Part shown: in pieces, positions 1 to 10,496 of the stretch
Position numbering within the stretch: position 1 is the stretch's first letter
How the letters are laid out: each line of letters opens with the position of its first letter
DNA from: Thermodesulfobacteriota bacterium
Lineage (GTDB): Bacteria > Desulfobacterota > Desulfobaccia > Desulfobaccales > 0-14-0-80-60-11
DNA length: 64,000 bases
NCBI GenBank assembly: GCA_040757175.1
Contig: JBFLXM010000049.1
Coordinates: forward strand, 29,532 to 93,531
Direction: 5' to 3'
The notes under the pieces: model-generated
The model's database searches: none
The model's input: only the letters and a program-made list of their open reading frames with translations
Told to the model about the DNA's origin: nothing
Translations under genes and position numbers: made by a program

Positions 1-145
1 TGCGGTTTGTCATGATTTAGAAGAGGAAGAAAGAAGGTTTGCAGAAGAAACTAAAGAGACGATGGGGGAGCGGGCCATGCTGGATTCGAACCAAGGAGAT
101 AGTCCAGGAATTTTAACTGGGCAAAAAATTTTGAACCACCCTTTT

Positions 146-169
146 CGGTGAGTAGGTCGGTGAGTAGGT
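146..169. repeat. Tandem 12-mer CGGTGAGTAGGT x2 in the AT-richer left edge
   Basis: Direct reading: cggtgagtaggt cggtgagtaggt. Confidence 0.6.
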
Positions 170-257
170 TTTGCTGGAAAATATATTAAACTATGCTATA
201 TTCTGGAATACAAATTGGTCAACCATGGGGGGTTGCTGGCTTTGGGGTTCTGCTTAT

Positions 258-317
258 CGGGACTCAAAATCCCCCGAGGGCAACCTTGTGCCGGTTCGAG
301 TCCGGCCTCCGGCACCA
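258..317 (+). pseudogene. 3' fragment of a tRNA-Leu(CAA): anticodon arm, long variable arm, T arm, acceptor 3' strand and CCA, with no 5' half
   Basis: cggga-CTCAAAA-tcccc anticodon arm, then a 15-nt variable arm. gccgg-TTCGAGT-ccggc T arm, then ctccggc-A-CCA. The 3' part is nearly identical to the E. coli tRNA-Leu(CAA) 3' end as I recall it. No GCCGGAG acceptor 5' strand or D arm lies upstream. Confidence 0.55.
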
Positions 318-533
318 TTAACTTGCATCCGGTCATCCTCAGAATATCGGTTCGCCAGGGGCTTGAGGCCGCGGCAGATATCTCCTGAAAACCCGCCTCC
401 AACCCCTGGCCCTTGGATTTAATTCCCTAAATTAAGTGGACTTAGCAGCCAAAGCGGACCATCTTATCCTCAGACCCGGATCAGGCCTGAAAGTCTCCGG
501 ATCGTCAGATGTTAACTCCCATCAAGGAGGAGA

Positions 534-1445
534 ATGCAGATGATCGAATTGCCTCTCTGGAATCCCGGGGAGAGTTCCCTCCTGAAAACCGCCAAGGGTC
601 CCATTGAATACGCAGCCGCAGGTGCAGGATACCCCCTTCTGGTCATTCATGGAGGGCCTGGCGGCTATGATCAGGCCCTGGGATTGGGGGATATGTTTCC
701 TCCGGAGGGATTTCGGATTATCTGTCCTTCCCGGCCGGGGTATCTGCGCACTCCGCTAACCGTGGGCGCAACCTACCCGGAACAGGCAGATGCCTTGGTG
801 GCACTGCTCGATGGCTTGGGGATAGATCAAGTCGGGGTCCTGGGGGCCTCGGCCGGTGGACCTGCCGCCTACGAGATAGCCATCCGCCATCCCCAGCGGG
901 TCAAGGCCCTGGTGGCGGTCGATGCGGTCAGCCGCACCTATCTTATACCCCAGCAAGCCGGAGCATTGGCACAAAAGATATTCCTCTCCAAACCCGGAGA
1001 ATGGTTCCTCAACAAGATGCTGGATTATTTCCCCAAGCTGGTTATCTCCAATATCCTCCGGACCGATGGCTACCTAAATGCGGCAGAACTCCATGAACGC
1101 CTTAAACACGTGGTGCAGGACCCCAAGAAATTGCAGTATGTGCGCGTCTTCTTCAGTTCCATGAGCCATTACGATCTCCGCCAGGCGGGGGTGGAAAACG
1201 ATCTGGTGCAGTTGGCCGCCATTGACCGCTTAGAAGTCGGGAAGGTGCAGGCGCCGTCTCTCATCGTGCACGGGACCGCGGACGCGGATGTGCAATTTGC
1301 GGATGCGGACTATGCCGCCTCCACTATTCCGGGGGCAGAGCATTTCTGGATTAATCGGGGCACCCACTTATGTTTCTGGCTCTCTGATCAGGCCGCGGAA
1401 GCGCAGCAGCGAACCATCAGTTTCTTGAAGAAACACCTGCAATGA
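534..1445 (+). CDS. Alpha/beta-fold hydrolase
   Basis: 303-aa ORF. HGGPGG oxyanion-type motif, GASAG nucleophile elbow (GxSxG), AGGAGG RBS 6 nt upstream. Confidence 0.8.
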   Translation: MQMIELPLWNPGESSLLKTAKGPIEYAAAGAGYPLLVIHGGPGGYDQALGLGDMFPPEGFRIICPSRPGYLRTPLTVGATYPEQADALVALLDGLGIDQVGVLGASAGGPAAYEIAIRHPQRVKALVAVDAVSRTYLIPQQAGALAQKIFLSKPGEWFLNKMLDYFPKLVISNILRTDGYLNAAELHERLKHVVQDPKKLQYVRVFFSSMSHYDLRQAGVENDLVQLAAIDRLEVGKVQAPSLIVHGTADADVQFADADYAASTIPGAEHFWINRGTHLCFWLSDQAAEAQQRTISFLKKHLQ

Positions 1446-1575
1446 GACCAGAAAGAGAACGGATTTCCTAAGTGCGCCGTAATCCTGGAGAAGAACCGGC
1501 TTGCCTAGGCAAAATCAAAGGAAACCGAGGAAATTGAAATTTTCAAAGTTCTCCTTACCACTAATACGGGGAGAT

Positions 1576-3117
1576 ATGAAAAAGCTGCCTGCCTTTATTC
1601 TTAGTATCATCTTGGCCATCTTCTTCCTGACCCCGGCTTATGGCCGGGAAGTCTCCCTGAGAATTCTCTATGTCAATGATTTTCATGGGTTTGCGGAGCC
1701 TTACCAGCCCACGGGCTCCCAGGAGAAACTGGGAGGCGCCGCTTCCCTGGCCAGGGAAGTAAAGAGGCTGCGCCAGGGAAAGCCCACACTGCTCCTGGCC
1801 GCGGGCGACATGATCCAGGGCCACAGTTGGGCCACTTTCTTCCAGGGCAGATCCTCCATCGCCCTGATGAACCTGATGCGCTTCGACGCCATGGTGGTGG
1901 GCAATCACGAGTTCGATTTCGGCCAGGACGTCCTGAAAAAGAGGATTGCCGCGGCCCGCTTCCCGGTGCTGGGGGCCAATGTGGAGGGTTTTAAAGACGG
2001 GCTTAAACCCTATGTTATCAAAACTATTCAGGGTCTGAAGGTAGCCATCATCGGCGTGGTCACCCCGGATACTCCCCAAGCCACCCATCCTGGCAACGTT
2101 GCGGGTTTGAAATTTCTCCCCCCCGCCCCGGTGGTGGAAAAATATCTGCCGGAGCTAAAAAAAAGGGCGGACCTGGTCCTGGTCCTCTCCCACCTCGGCT
2201 ACCAGGCTGACCGGGACCTGGCCGCCAAGGCTCCGGGGGTCGCGGTCATTGTCGGCGGGCATTCCCATACCAAGCTGCTGGAACCCGCGGTGGTGGGCGA
2301 CACCATCGTGGTCCAGGCCTGGGAACACGCCAAGGCCCTGGGGGTTCTGGACCTGACGGTGGAAGACGGCAAGATCAAGAATTTCAGCGGCCGCCTGCAG
2401 ATGATCAAACCGGCCGCGGGCCGGGAAGATAAGGAGGTCCGCACTCTGGTCAAGAAGTATGCGGCCAGGGTCAATGCGGTTCTGGGTGAGAAGATCGGCG
2501 AGGCCGCCCTTGATTTGGACGGCGAACACGTCCGGGCCCAGGAAACCAATCTGGGGGACCTCCTGGCTGATGTCCTCCGCCAGGCTGCGGGCGCCCAGGC
2601 GGTCATCATCAACGGCGGCGGCATCCGGGCCGGCATCCCCAAAGGGACCATCGCCGTCAAAGATATTTACTCGGTCCTGCCCTTTGATAATTATCTGGTG
2701 GCCATCAGGCTCACCGGCAAGCAGATCAGAGAGGCCCTGGAACACGGGGTCTCCGGCCTGGAGGAAGGGGCCGGCAGGTTTCCCCAGGTCTCCGGCCTCT
2801 CCTTTATCTACAGCCGCCGGGCCCCCGCGGGCTCCAGGGTGAAGGAGATCGTCATCGGCGGGCAGCCCCTGGACCCCCGGAAGGAGTACGTAGTGGCCAC
2901 CAATGACTTCATGGCCGCAGGGGGTGACGGCTACCGGGCCTTTGGCGAGGCCCTGAAGTCTTCCCCGGATTTTGCCTGCACCGGCGGTATGCTGCAAGGG
3001 GAAAAGCTGGTGTACAACGACGCGGGCCGCTGGTTGCGGGACGTGGTGATCGACTATATCCGCCGGCAGAAAACGGTGGCTCCCCAAGTCAACGGCCGCA
3101 TTAAGCAAATTGATTAG
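1576..3117 (+). CDS. Secreted bifunctional metallophosphatase/5'-nucleotidase (UshA-like)
   Basis: NDFHG, GDMIQG, GNHEFD and GGHSH metallophosphatase motifs plus a 5'-nucleotidase C-terminal domain. Start moved to MKKLPAFIL... (signal peptide) inside track ORF 1501..3117. Confidence 0.85.
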   Translation: MKKLPAFILSIILAIFFLTPAYGREVSLRILYVNDFHGFAEPYQPTGSQEKLGGAASLAREVKRLRQGKPTLLLAAGDMIQGHSWATFFQGRSSIALMNLMRFDAMVVGNHEFDFGQDVLKKRIAAARFPVLGANVEGFKDGLKPYVIKTIQGLKVAIIGVVTPDTPQATHPGNVAGLKFLPPAPVVEKYLPELKKRADLVLVLSHLGYQADRDLAAKAPGVAVIVGGHSHTKLLEPAVVGDTIVVQAWEHAKALGVLDLTVEDGKIKNFSGRLQMIKPAAGREDKEVRTLVKKYAARVNAVLGEKIGEAALDLDGEHVRAQETNLGDLLADVLRQAAGAQAVIINGGGIRAGIPKGTIAVKDIYSVLPFDNYLVAIRLTGKQIREALEHGVSGLEEGAGRFPQVSGLSFIYSRRAPAGSRVKEIVIGGQPLDPRKEYVVATNDFMAAGGDGYRAFGEALKSSPDFACTGGMLQGEKLVYNDAGRWLRDVVIDYIRRQKTVAPQVNGRIKQID

Positions 3118-3120
3118 GAG

Positions 3121-3155
3121 TAAAAACTAAAAACTAAAAACCAAAAACTAAAAAC
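3121..3155. repeat. Period-7 tandem array TAAAAAC x5 (one CAAAAAC), ending TGTATTTAA directly before ATG 3164
   Basis: Direct reading. Fills the spacer between the stop at 3117 and ATG 3164. Confidence 0.9.
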
Positions 3156-3163
3156 TGTATTTA

Positions 3164-3346
3164 ATGCGGGTTTATGTAAACAATAAGCCGGTGGAACTCC
3201 TGCCGGGCATGACTGTCAGGCATGCGTTGCTTCAGGCCGGGCTGCTGGGGCAGATTGAGGCGGGCCGGAAGGTCTACGACGACTGGGGCAACGAAGTGGG
3301 ACTGGCAGGCGCCCTCTCTGCCGAGATGAAGATTTGGGTCAGATAA
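3164..3346 (+). CDS. Small hypothetical protein (60 aa), possibly a ThiS/MoaD-like beta-grasp without the C-terminal GG
   Basis: The ORF MRVYVNNKPVELLPGMTV... resembles the N-termini of small sulfur-carrier-like proteins. No SD. Overlaps the next gene. Confidence 0.4.
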   Translation: MRVYVNNKPVELLPGMTVRHALLQAGLLGQIEAGRKVYDDWGNEVGLAGALSAEMKIWVR

Positions 3347-3354
3347 AGGAGCCG

Positions 3355-3948
3355 ATGTCCATGGCTGAGATCGAATTGCCGGAGCCTGAGGAATTGGAGG
3401 AAAAGAAAAGCGAGCCCTTTACCAAGAGGGTGGCCCTGACCACCGCCATCTTCGCGGTCATCCTGGCCATCACCTCCCTGGGGGGGAGCAACGCCATGAA
3501 GGAGATGCTCCTGGCCCAGCAGCAGGCCTCGGACCAATGGGCCTTCTACCAGGCCAAGGTGATCCGGGAACACCTGTACCGCCAGCAGAAACAGCGTTTG
3601 GAATTGGACCTCCTGGAGAAAGAGGCCCTCAAGCCGGAAGTCAGGCAGCGCTATGAGGCTTTGCTCCAGCAGACCTCCAAGGAAGCGGAACGGTACGGTC
3701 TGGAAAAGAAAGACATCCGCAAGGAGGCCGAAAAGCTGGAGCATGAACGGGACATCAACCGCAATAAGGACCCCTACTTCGACTACGCCGAGGTCCTGCT
3801 GCAGATCGCCATTGTTATGGCCTCCATCTCCATTCTGGCCCATTCCCGCAGGATTTTCATTTTCGCTTTGGTCTCCGCGGCCCTGGGCGCTTTATTGTCC
3901 CTGAACGGCTTTCTGTTGATCCTCCGCATACCTTTCTTACATCATTGA
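3355..3948 (+). CDS. DUF4337-family membrane protein
   Basis: N-terminal TM, WAFYQAKVIRE motif, long charged helix, C-terminal LLQIAIVMASISIL TM pair. AAGGAG lies upstream of ATG 3355 (ATG 3361 is an alternative). Confidence 0.7.
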   Translation: MSMAEIELPEPEELEEKKSEPFTKRVALTTAIFAVILAITSLGGSNAMKEMLLAQQQASDQWAFYQAKVIREHLYRQQKQRLELDLLEKEALKPEVRQRYEALLQQTSKEAERYGLEKKDIRKEAEKLEHERDINRNKDPYFDYAEVLLQIAIVMASISILAHSRRIFIFALVSAALGALLSLNGFLLILRIPFLHH

Positions 3949-3955
3949 CAGGAGT

Positions 3956-4011
3956 AAGGGCGAATCTGTTATCCGCCTCCAATTTCGGGGAAACACCAGA
4001 TTCGCCCCTAC
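3956..4011. repeat. REP-like inverted repeat (AGGGCGAATCTG ... CAGATTCGCCCCTAC)
   Basis: Arms are complementary and end in the CGCCCCTAC signature shared with five other loci. Confidence 0.6.
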
Positions 4012-4021
4012 CCCTGTTATA

Positions 4022-4056
4022 CCGTTTCCGGTTTTCAGTTTTCGGTTTTCGGTAAA
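4022..4056. repeat. Period-7 tandem array CCGTTTC CGGTTTT CAGTTTT CGGTTTT CGGTAAA
   Basis: Direct reading. The minus strand gives CCGAAAA units, the same family as 32823, 61874 and 63646. Lies between convergent genes. Confidence 0.9.
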
Positions 4057-4139
4057 ATGATTCCCAATTATCAATAAGTTAGTAATTAGGTTTGTTGCAG
4101 CAGAAACCGAACTTGATATTATCCCCTCAAAAAGACCAA

Positions 4140-4670
4140 TTAAAACCACAGAAAAAAACCGTTGGCCATGTAAAGGAGGCCCACCGCGCTGAAGGCCAGG
4201 CCCGCGGCCCACATCATCTTCCTTTTGAGCAGCGCGGCCACCGCGGACATCATGATGGCGATCTGCAGCAGCATCACCGCCAGGGCGAAGGCGCTGTTAT
4301 GCCTTTTTAGGATCTCTTGCTCCTTGATGAGGTTTTCCACTTCGGTTTTGATCTGCTTCTTCTCCTGATCATACCGGTTGATTTCCTGGTCATAATCCTT
4401 AATTTTAGCCTTTAGAAACTGCTGCACCTGGGGGTTGGGGTTGGCCAACAGGTTGGCATAACTCAGGATGTCCCGGTTCAGCCGGAAACTGTGCTCCTTG
4501 ATGCTCTTGGACTGGTAATAGGCCCAGTGGTTGGCTTCCCTGGTGGTATGAATCTGCACCTTGGTGGAGTAGCTGGAGGCCTTCAGGGAAGAGATGGCCG
4601 CACACACGGCCAGAATGGTGGTGGTCAGGGCCACCCACTGGATCCAGGTCTCTTTGGGAGGCTCGGCCAT
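4140..4670 (-). CDS. DUF4337-family membrane protein (paralogue of 3355..3948, convergent)
   Basis: WAYYQSKSIKE motif and LLQIAIMMSAVAAL C-terminal TM. Start moved to the ATG preceded by AAGGAG (M10 of track ORF 4140..4697). Confidence 0.7.
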   Translation of the reverse strand: MAEPPKETWIQWVALTTTILAVCAAISSLKASSYSTKVQIHTTREANHWAYYQSKSIKEHSFRLNRDILSYANLLANPNPQVQQFLKAKIKDYDQEINRYDQEKKQIKTEVENLIKEQEILKRHNSAFALAVMLLQIAIMMSAVAALLKRKMMWAAGLAFSAVGLLYMANGFFLWF

Positions 4671-4990
4671 TTGGTCTCCTTTCTTGGCTTGATTCAAGAG
4701 ATAAGTGGATATGGCCGCATAATCTTACCATCCCCGGACCGGAGGGGCAACCGGGAGGCCGTGGTCCTCCGGGGTTTGCCGCAACTCCGTTAGTGCATTT
4801 GCGAAATATTATTGATAAAATAATCGCTAAACTGGATGAGGTGCAAGTTACAGCCGCGCCTCCTGGGCGGCGGCTGGCGTTCTTTCCTCCAAAATGCCGG
4901 AGGCCAAACGTTTCGCGGCCTGGGCTCCGGCTGCTATGCTCGCATAAACTGGACAGTATTTAGTTTAGTTTAGTTTAAAGGAAGCCAAAA

Positions 4991-7900
4991 ATGGCCAGGG
5001 CGCAGATATTGGTGGCGGACAGCAATCCGGGTTTTGCCGTCGAACTGGCGGCGAACCTGAAGTCCTTGGGATACGCGGTGACGGGGGTGGTCTCCTCCCC
5101 GGAAGAGGCCTTGAAAAAGGCACAAGAGAAGCGGCCGGATTTGGTCCTGTTGGACTTGAAGTTGCTGGCAGACGGCCAAGAAGGGAAAGCCGCCGGCCAA
5201 CTCCGGAAGCGCTTGCATAATCTGGTCTATTTGGTGGAGGAGGCAGACCGTCAAACCTTGCAGCGGGCCAGGATTACCCACAGTTTCGATTACCTCCGGA
5301 AAGCCTACGATTCCCGGGAACTGGAAACCATCATCGAGATGGCCCTCTACCGGCGCAAGCTGGAGGGGGAGATAACCCGGGGCAAAGAGACACCCGGCAA
5401 GCCGGATGCGGGGATGAAGGCAGCCGCGTCGGCACTGCAGAGCGAGATCCACCGCCATCAAAGCCTGGAAGAGGCCCTGCAGGCCGAGAGGCAAAAACTC
5501 TATCATCTTCTGGATACCCTGCCGTCCTATATTGTCCTGCTGGCTCCGGACTACTCCGTGCCTTTCGCCAACCGGGAGTTCATCAAACGCTTCGGTGCGC
5601 CGGAGGGCCGGAAGTGCTACGAGTTCCTGTTTGGCCGCACCTCTCCTTGTCCGGATTGCGAAACCTATAAGGTGCTGCAGACCAATGCCCCCCTTGAATG
5701 GGAGTGGACCGGCCCTGATGGCTGCAACTACCAGATCTATGACTTTCCTTTTCCGGACACTGACGGCTCGCCCCTGATTTTAGAGATGGGGGTGGACGTC
5801 ACCGTCCTCAAGGAGAAGGAGGCGCAAATCCAGAGGGCCAATCGGGCCCTCCGGACTCTGAGCAGTGTCAACCAGGCAGTAGTGCGGGCGCATACGGAGG
5901 CGGAACTGCTGGAAGACGTCTGCCGCGTGGTGGCGGCGGAGGGAGGCTACCGCCTGGCCTGGATCGGCTACGCCGAGAACGACCGGGCAAAGACGGTGCG
6001 CCCCCTGGCCCAGGCCGGTTATGAGGAAGGATATCTGGAGACCTTGAAGATGACCTGGGCGGATCAGAAAAGGGGCCGGGGGCCCACGGGCACGGCCATC
6101 CGCACCGGCCAACCCACCCTGGCCCGGAACATCCTCACCGATCCCCACTTTGCTCCATGGCGGCGGCAAGCCAGCAAGCGGGGCTACGCCTCCTCCCTGG
6201 CTCTCCCCCTTTTAGCAAACGGCGTGGCTTTCGGAGCCTTGAATATCTACGCTGGGGAAGCGGACGCGTTTGACACCGCCGAGGTGCAACTCTTATCAGA
6301 CCTGGCCGGGGATGTTTCCTTCGGGATTATGGCCTTGAGGGGCAGGGAGGAGCGGCGGCAGATGGCCGCGGCCCTGCGCCGCTCTTACGAAGAATTGGAA
6401 GCCCGGGTGCAGGACCGGACCCAGGAGTTGGCCCAATCAAACGCCGCCTTGCAGACCGAGATCGCGGAGCGCCTCTGGTCGGAGAAAAGGCTCCGGGAAA
6501 GCGAAGAACGCTACCGCCGCCTGGTGGACCTCTCCCCGGACGCCATTGCCGTGCAGAGCCAGAGCCGCTATCTGTTCATCAATCCCGCGGGCGCGCAGCT
6601 CTTCGGCGCGGCCAGCCCTCAGGAAATGGTGGGCAAAGCGGTCCCGGACATGATCCATCCGGATTTTCGGCAATTTGTCACCGAACACATCTGCAGGATC
6701 AACGCCGAAGGCGCGAAGACCGACCTCCAGGAAATCAAAATTTTGCGTCTGGACGGCCGGGTGGTGGACGTGGAAGCCTCCGGGGTGGGTATTAATTATC
6801 AGGGGCAGCCCGCGGTCCAGGTGATGATGCGGGATATCACCCGGCGCAAGGAGATGGAGCGGCGGCTGGAGCACCAGGCCTCCTTCCCCCGGCTGAACCC
6901 CAATCCCGTCCTGGAAGCGGACCTTTCCGGGAACATCACTTATGCCAACGCGGCCACGTTTTCTGCCCTGAGAAAGCAGGGTCTGGAGAACCAGACAAAC
7001 GCCTTCCTGCCCCAGGACCTGGATGAGATTGTTAAGACCGCGACCAAGACGGGGGAGACGATATTTAGCCGGGAAGTGGAAATAAACGGCGCATATTTTG
7101 TGGAGACGGTTTCTTTCCCCAAAGAGTTCGGGACCATCCGCATCTATGCCCGGGACATCACCCAGCAGAAGCGGGCGGAACTGGAGCGTCAGGAAACCCT
7201 GGACAAGTTGCAGGTGAGTGAGGAGGAACTGCAGGCTACGGTGGAGGAACTCCAGGCGCAGACCGAGGAACTTCAGAGTCAGTCTGAAGAACTCCTGGCG
7301 ACCAACCAACAACTGCATGAAGCCCTCGCCGCCCTCCGGGAGAGCCGGGAGGATCTGAACCGGGCCCAGGCCGTGGCCCATACCGGCAGTTGGCGGCTGG
7401 ACGTGCGGAAAAACGAGCTGCTGTGGTCCGACGAAACCTTCCGGATTTTTGGGATTAAGCAGGGAACGCCGCTGTCCTATGAGTCGTTCCTGGCCGCGGT
7501 GCACCCGGAGGATCGGGAGTACGTGGACCGGCAGTGGCTGGCAGCCCTCCGGGGAGAGCCCTACGACATCGAACACCGCATCATCGCGGGGGACACGATG
7601 AAATGGGTCCGGGAGAGGGCCGAACTGGAGTTCGACCACCAAGAGCAGCTCATGGGTGGTTTTGGAACGGTTCAGGACATTACGGAACGCAAAGAAGCGG
7701 ACACGACCCTCCAGGCCTCCAGGGATTTCCTGGAAATCGCCAACCGCCACACCGAAATGGCGCCCCTGCTCCAGGACTATGTGACCGCCATCAAAGAACA
7801 CACCGGCTGCGAGGCGGTGGCCATCCGCATCCTGGATGAGGGGGGAAGGATCCCTTATGAGGCCTATGAAGGCTTTCCCCCAGAGTTCATCGCCTGTGAA

Positions 7901-9955
7901 AGTCTTCTGTCCCTAGACTCAGACCGCTGCCTGTGCATTAACGTTTGCAAGGGGGCCGTAGCTCAGGATTTGCCCTACTACACCCCCGGCTCCTCCTGTT
8001 ATATCAACAGTCTTTCCCACCTTTTGGCCACGGCCTCCCCGGGACTGCTGGGCGAAACCCGCAACGTCTGCCTCCGGTTTGGTTATGAGTCGGTGGCCCT
8101 GATTCCCATTGTTTTTGGGGGAAGCATCTTGGGGCTGATCCACCTGGCCGACCGCCGGGAGAACATGGCGCCTCTGAGTCTGGTGGCGCGGCTGGAAAGA
8201 ATCGGCCTACAGCTAGGCACGGCCATCAACCGGGTGCGCGCGGAAGAGGCATGGCGCCGGGCCTTGGCTGAGTCCCGGCGGCGCCAGGCGGAGATTTCCG
8301 CCCTGCTCCAGGCCACCCGGGCGGTGCTGGAGGCCGGCACCTTCCTGGAACTCTCCCGCTCCATCTATGGTTCCTGCAAGGAATTGATCGGGGCCTCTTC
8401 CGGTTACATCGCCCTCCTTACCGCCGACGGCCAGGAGAACGAAGTCCTTTTTCTGGACCCCGGCGGGCAGGCCTGCCAGGTGGACCCCTCTCTGCCCATG
8501 CCGGTGAGGGGCCTGCGGGCGGAGGCCTGCCGCACCGGCAGGACGGTGTACCACAATGATTTCTCCGGCAGCGATTACGCCCAACTTCTGCCCCCGGGCC
8601 ACGTGGGCCTGGACAATGTCCTCTTCGCCCCCCTGGTGGTGAAAGGCAAGGTTGTGGGGCTCCTGGGCCTGGGCAACAAACCCGGGGGCTACACGGCCAA
8701 CGACGCCCGCCTGGTTGCCGGGTTCGGGGAGCTGGCGGCCATGGCCCTGGTCAACAACCGGGCCGAAGAAGAGCGGGAAAGGCTGATCCAGGAGTTGGAG
8801 ACGGAGCGGGCCCGGCTGCAGGCCATCATCGCCAGTGCGCCGGAGGCCATCGTCGTGGCCGATGCCGGCGGACGCATGGTCATGGCCAATCCCGCGGCGG
8901 AACGGCTTTACTACCAGCCTTTTGAGGAGGGTGAAGGCCTGGAAGGCTGCGCCTTGTTCCAGCTCTGCCATGGGGACGGCTCCACCTGTGTCCCCGGCAA
9001 TCAGCCGCTGCTCCGTTCGGCCACGGCCGGGGAGACCCACCGCAACCTGGAGATGATCCTCACCTGGCCCGACGGCCAGCGCCGGGATCTGCTGGTGAAC
9101 ACCGCGCCCCTCAAAGACCACCTGGGCCGCAGCAGCGGCGCGGTGGGCCTCTTCCAGGACATTACCCAGCGGAAACAGGTGGAGGAGAAAATCCGGAATC
9201 TAAACGCCGAACTCGGAGACCGCATCCGGGAAGTCAGTGAACGCACCCTGCAATTGGAAGCCGCCAACAAGGAACTGGAAGCCTTTTCCTATTCCGTGTC
9301 CCACGACCTGCGCTCCCCCCTGCGGGCCATCGAGGGCTTTGCCCGCATCCTCCTGGAAGAACATGGGGCCGAATTGGCGGAGGAAGCCTTGCGCCTGCTC
9401 AACGTGATTCGCAGCAACACCCTCATTATGGGGGAATTGATCGACGACCTCCTGGCCCTTTCCCGCTTGGGACGCCAGGAAATAAAGGCCCAAAAAATCG
9501 ATCCGGGGGGCCTGGTCACTTCGGTCTTCGGGGAACTGCGGGCCCAGGCTCCGGAACGGCAAATGCAGCTCATTTTGAACCCCCTGCCTCCGATCTACGG
9601 TGACCGCTCCCTGATCAATCAGGTCCTGGTAAATCTATTGGGGAACGCCGTCAAATTCACCGAATCCAGGGAAAAGACCATAATTGAGGTGGGTGGATGG
9701 ACAGAAGGCAAAGAGGATATATACTTTGTTAAAGATAACGGGGTAGGCTTTGATATGCGTTATGTGGATAAAATTTTCGGGGTTTTCCAGCGTCTGCACC
9801 GGAGGGAGGACTTTGACGGCACCGGCGTGGGCCTGGCCATTGTCCAGCGCATTATCAACCGGCACGGAGGCCGGGTCTGGGCCACCGGCAAGGTGGACCG
9901 CGGGGCTACTTTTTATTTTGCCCTGCCGCACAAAGGAGAAGATAGTGATAAATAA
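4991..9955 (+). CDS. Giant hybrid sensor histidine kinase: N-terminal REC, multiple PAS and GAF domains, Q/E-rich coiled coil, HisKA, HATPase_c
   Basis: 1654 aa. REC (ILVAD...DLVLLDLKL). PAS with [18 protein letters not shown] segments. [24 protein letters not shown] coiled coil. H-box SHDLRSPL. G-boxes DNGVGF and GTGVGLAIV. Confidence 0.9.
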   Translation: MARAQILVADSNPGFAVELAANLKSLGYAVTGVVSSPEEALKKAQEKRPDLVLLDLKLLADGQEGKAAGQLRKRLHNLVYLVEEADRQTLQRARITHSFDYLRKAYDSRELETIIEMALYRRKLEGEITRGKETPGKPDAGMKAAASALQSEIHRHQSLEEALQAERQKLYHLLDTLPSYIVLLAPDYSVPFANREFIKRFGAPEGRKCYEFLFGRTSPCPDCETYKVLQTNAPLEWEWTGPDGCNYQIYDFPFPDTDGSPLILEMGVDVTVLKEKEAQIQRANRALRTLSSVNQAVVRAHTEAELLEDVCRVVAAEGGYRLAWIGYAENDRAKTVRPLAQAGYEEGYLETLKMTWADQKRGRGPTGTAIRTGQPTLARNILTDPHFAPWRRQASKRGYASSLALPLLANGVAFGALNIYAGEADAFDTAEVQLLSDLAGDVSFGIMALRGREERRQMAAALRRSYEELEARVQDRTQELAQSNAALQTEIAERLWSEKRLRESEERYRRLVDLSPDAIAVQSQSRYLFINPAGAQLFGAASPQEMVGKAVPDMIHPDFRQFVTEHICRINAEGAKTDLQEIKILRLDGRVVDVEASGVGINYQGQPAVQVMMRDITRRKEMERRLEHQASFPRLNPNPVLEADLSGNITYANAATFSALRKQGLENQTNAFLPQDLDEIVKTATKTGETIFSREVEINGAYFVETVSFPKEFGTIRIYARDITQQKRAELERQETLDKLQVSEEELQATVEELQAQTEELQSQSEELLATNQQLHEALAALRESREDLNRAQAVAHTGSWRLDVRKNELLWSDETFRIFGIKQGTPLSYESFLAAVHPEDREYVDRQWLAALRGEPYDIEHRIIAGDTMKWVRERAELEFDHQEQLMGGFGTVQDITERKEADTTLQASRDFLEIANRHTEMAPLLQDYVTAIKEHTGCEAVAIRILDEGGRIPYEAYEGFPPEFIACESLLSLDSDRCLCINVCKGAVAQDLPYYTPGSSCYINSLSHLLATASPGLLGETRNVCLRFGYESVALIPIVFGGSILGLIHLADRRENMAPLSLVARLERIGLQLGTAINRVRAEEAWRRALAESRRRQAEISALLQATRAVLEAGTFLELSRSIYGSCKELIGASSGYIALLTADGQENEVLFLDPGGQACQVDPSLPMPVRGLRAEACRTGRTVYHNDFSGSDYAQLLPPGHVGLDNVLFAPLVVKGKVVGLLGLGNKPGGYTANDARLVAGFGELAAMALVNNRAEEERERLIQELETERARLQAIIASAPEAIVVADAGGRMVMANPAAERLYYQPFEEGEGLEGCALFQLCHGDGSTCVPGNQPLLRSATAGETHRNLEMILTWPDGQRRDLLVNTAPLKDHLGRSSGAVGLFQDITQRKQVEEKIRNLNAELGDRIREVSERTLQLEAANKELEAFSYSVSHDLRSPLRAIEGFARILLEEHGAELAEEALRLLNVIRSNTLIMGELIDDLLALSRLGRQEIKAQKIDPGGLVTSVFGELRAQAPERQMQLILNPLPPIYGDRSLINQVLVNLLGNAVKFTESREKTIIEVGGWTEGKEDIYFVKDNGVGFDMRYVDKIFGVFQRLHRREDFDGTGVGLAIVQRIINRHGGRVWATGKVDRGATFYFALPHKGEDSDK

Positions 9956-9965
9956 CCCCAGCGCC

Positions 9966-10391
9966 ATGGAAATCATTTTGATTGAAGACAATCCCCATGA
10001 TGCCGAGCTGGTCCTCAGGGCCCTGAAAAAACACGGACTGGCCAACAAGGTGCAACTGCTCCAGGATGGGGCGGAGGCCCTGGACTTCATTTTCGCCACC
10101 GGCGCTTATGCGGGGCGGGATCTTAATAATCGCCCCAAGTTGATCCTCCTGGACCTGAAGCTGCCCAAGGTGGACGGCCTGGAGATTCTGCGCCGGATTA
10201 AAGGGGATGAGCGGACCAGGTCGATCCCGGTGGTGGTCATGACGTCCTCCCAGGAAGAAAAGGACATCGTGGAAAGTTACAGTCTGGGAGTGAATAGCTA
10301 CATCGTCAAACCCGTGGATTTCGATAAGTTCGTCCAATCCGTGGCCGACCTGGGTCTCTATTGGCTGTTGCTGAACAAGGTGCCGGGATGA
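9966..10391 (+). CDS. Single-domain response regulator (REC only)
   Basis: [16 protein letters not shown]..., [19 protein letters not shown]. The ATG lies 10 nt after the kinase stop, inside track ORF 9750..10391. Confidence 0.85.
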   Translation: MEIILIEDNPHDAELVLRALKKHGLANKVQLLQDGAEALDFIFATGAYAGRDLNNRPKLILLDLKLPKVDGLEILRRIKGDERTRSIPVVVMTSSQEEKDIVESYSLGVNSYIVKPVDFDKFVQSVADLGLYWLLLNKVPG

Positions 10392-10392
10392 A

Positions 10393-10427
10393 GCAGTAAG
10401 CAGTAAGCAGTGAGCAGTGAGCAGATA
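10393..10427. repeat. Period-7 tandem array GCAGTAA x2, GCAGTGA x2, GCAGATA
   Basis: Direct reading. Begins 2 nt after the stop at 10391. The track's GTG start 10410 lies inside it. Confidence 0.9.
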
Positions 10428-10496
10428 ATTGGCACTCTAAGCTCTGGCTCCAAACTGCTCGCTGCTTACAGTTCACAATTTCAGGGTGAACCGGAC

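Noticed and set aside
60-135. Minus-strand tRNA-like sequence (GGTTCGAATCC T-loop motif)
   Set aside because: Only a 4-bp T stem forms. There is no matching acceptor stem or CCA context, and the anticodon arm would need a 9-nt loop. At best it is a decayed remnant.
60-317. Possible tmRNA (GGGGGAGCGGGCC...CTGGATTCGA near 64, and a tRNA-like 3' end at 317)
   Set aside because: It is too short (about 250 nt). The 5' end cannot pair with the CTCCGGC acceptor strand, and no tag-peptide reading frame ending in a stop was found. The 3' end is better explained as a tRNA-Leu fragment.
10428-10445. Sigma-54 promoter (TGGCAC at 10432)
   Set aside because: The GC of the would-be -12 element is displaced by 2 nt from the required TGGCAC-N5-TTGC spacing.
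10410-10496. GTG 10410 as the start of the second kinase (the track's ORF start)
   Set aside because: The codon lies inside the GCAGTRA heptamer array, and the first about 29 residues are repeat-derived. The receiver domain begins near DILLLED, so TTG 10497 (or a nearby start) is preferred. The true start remains unverified.
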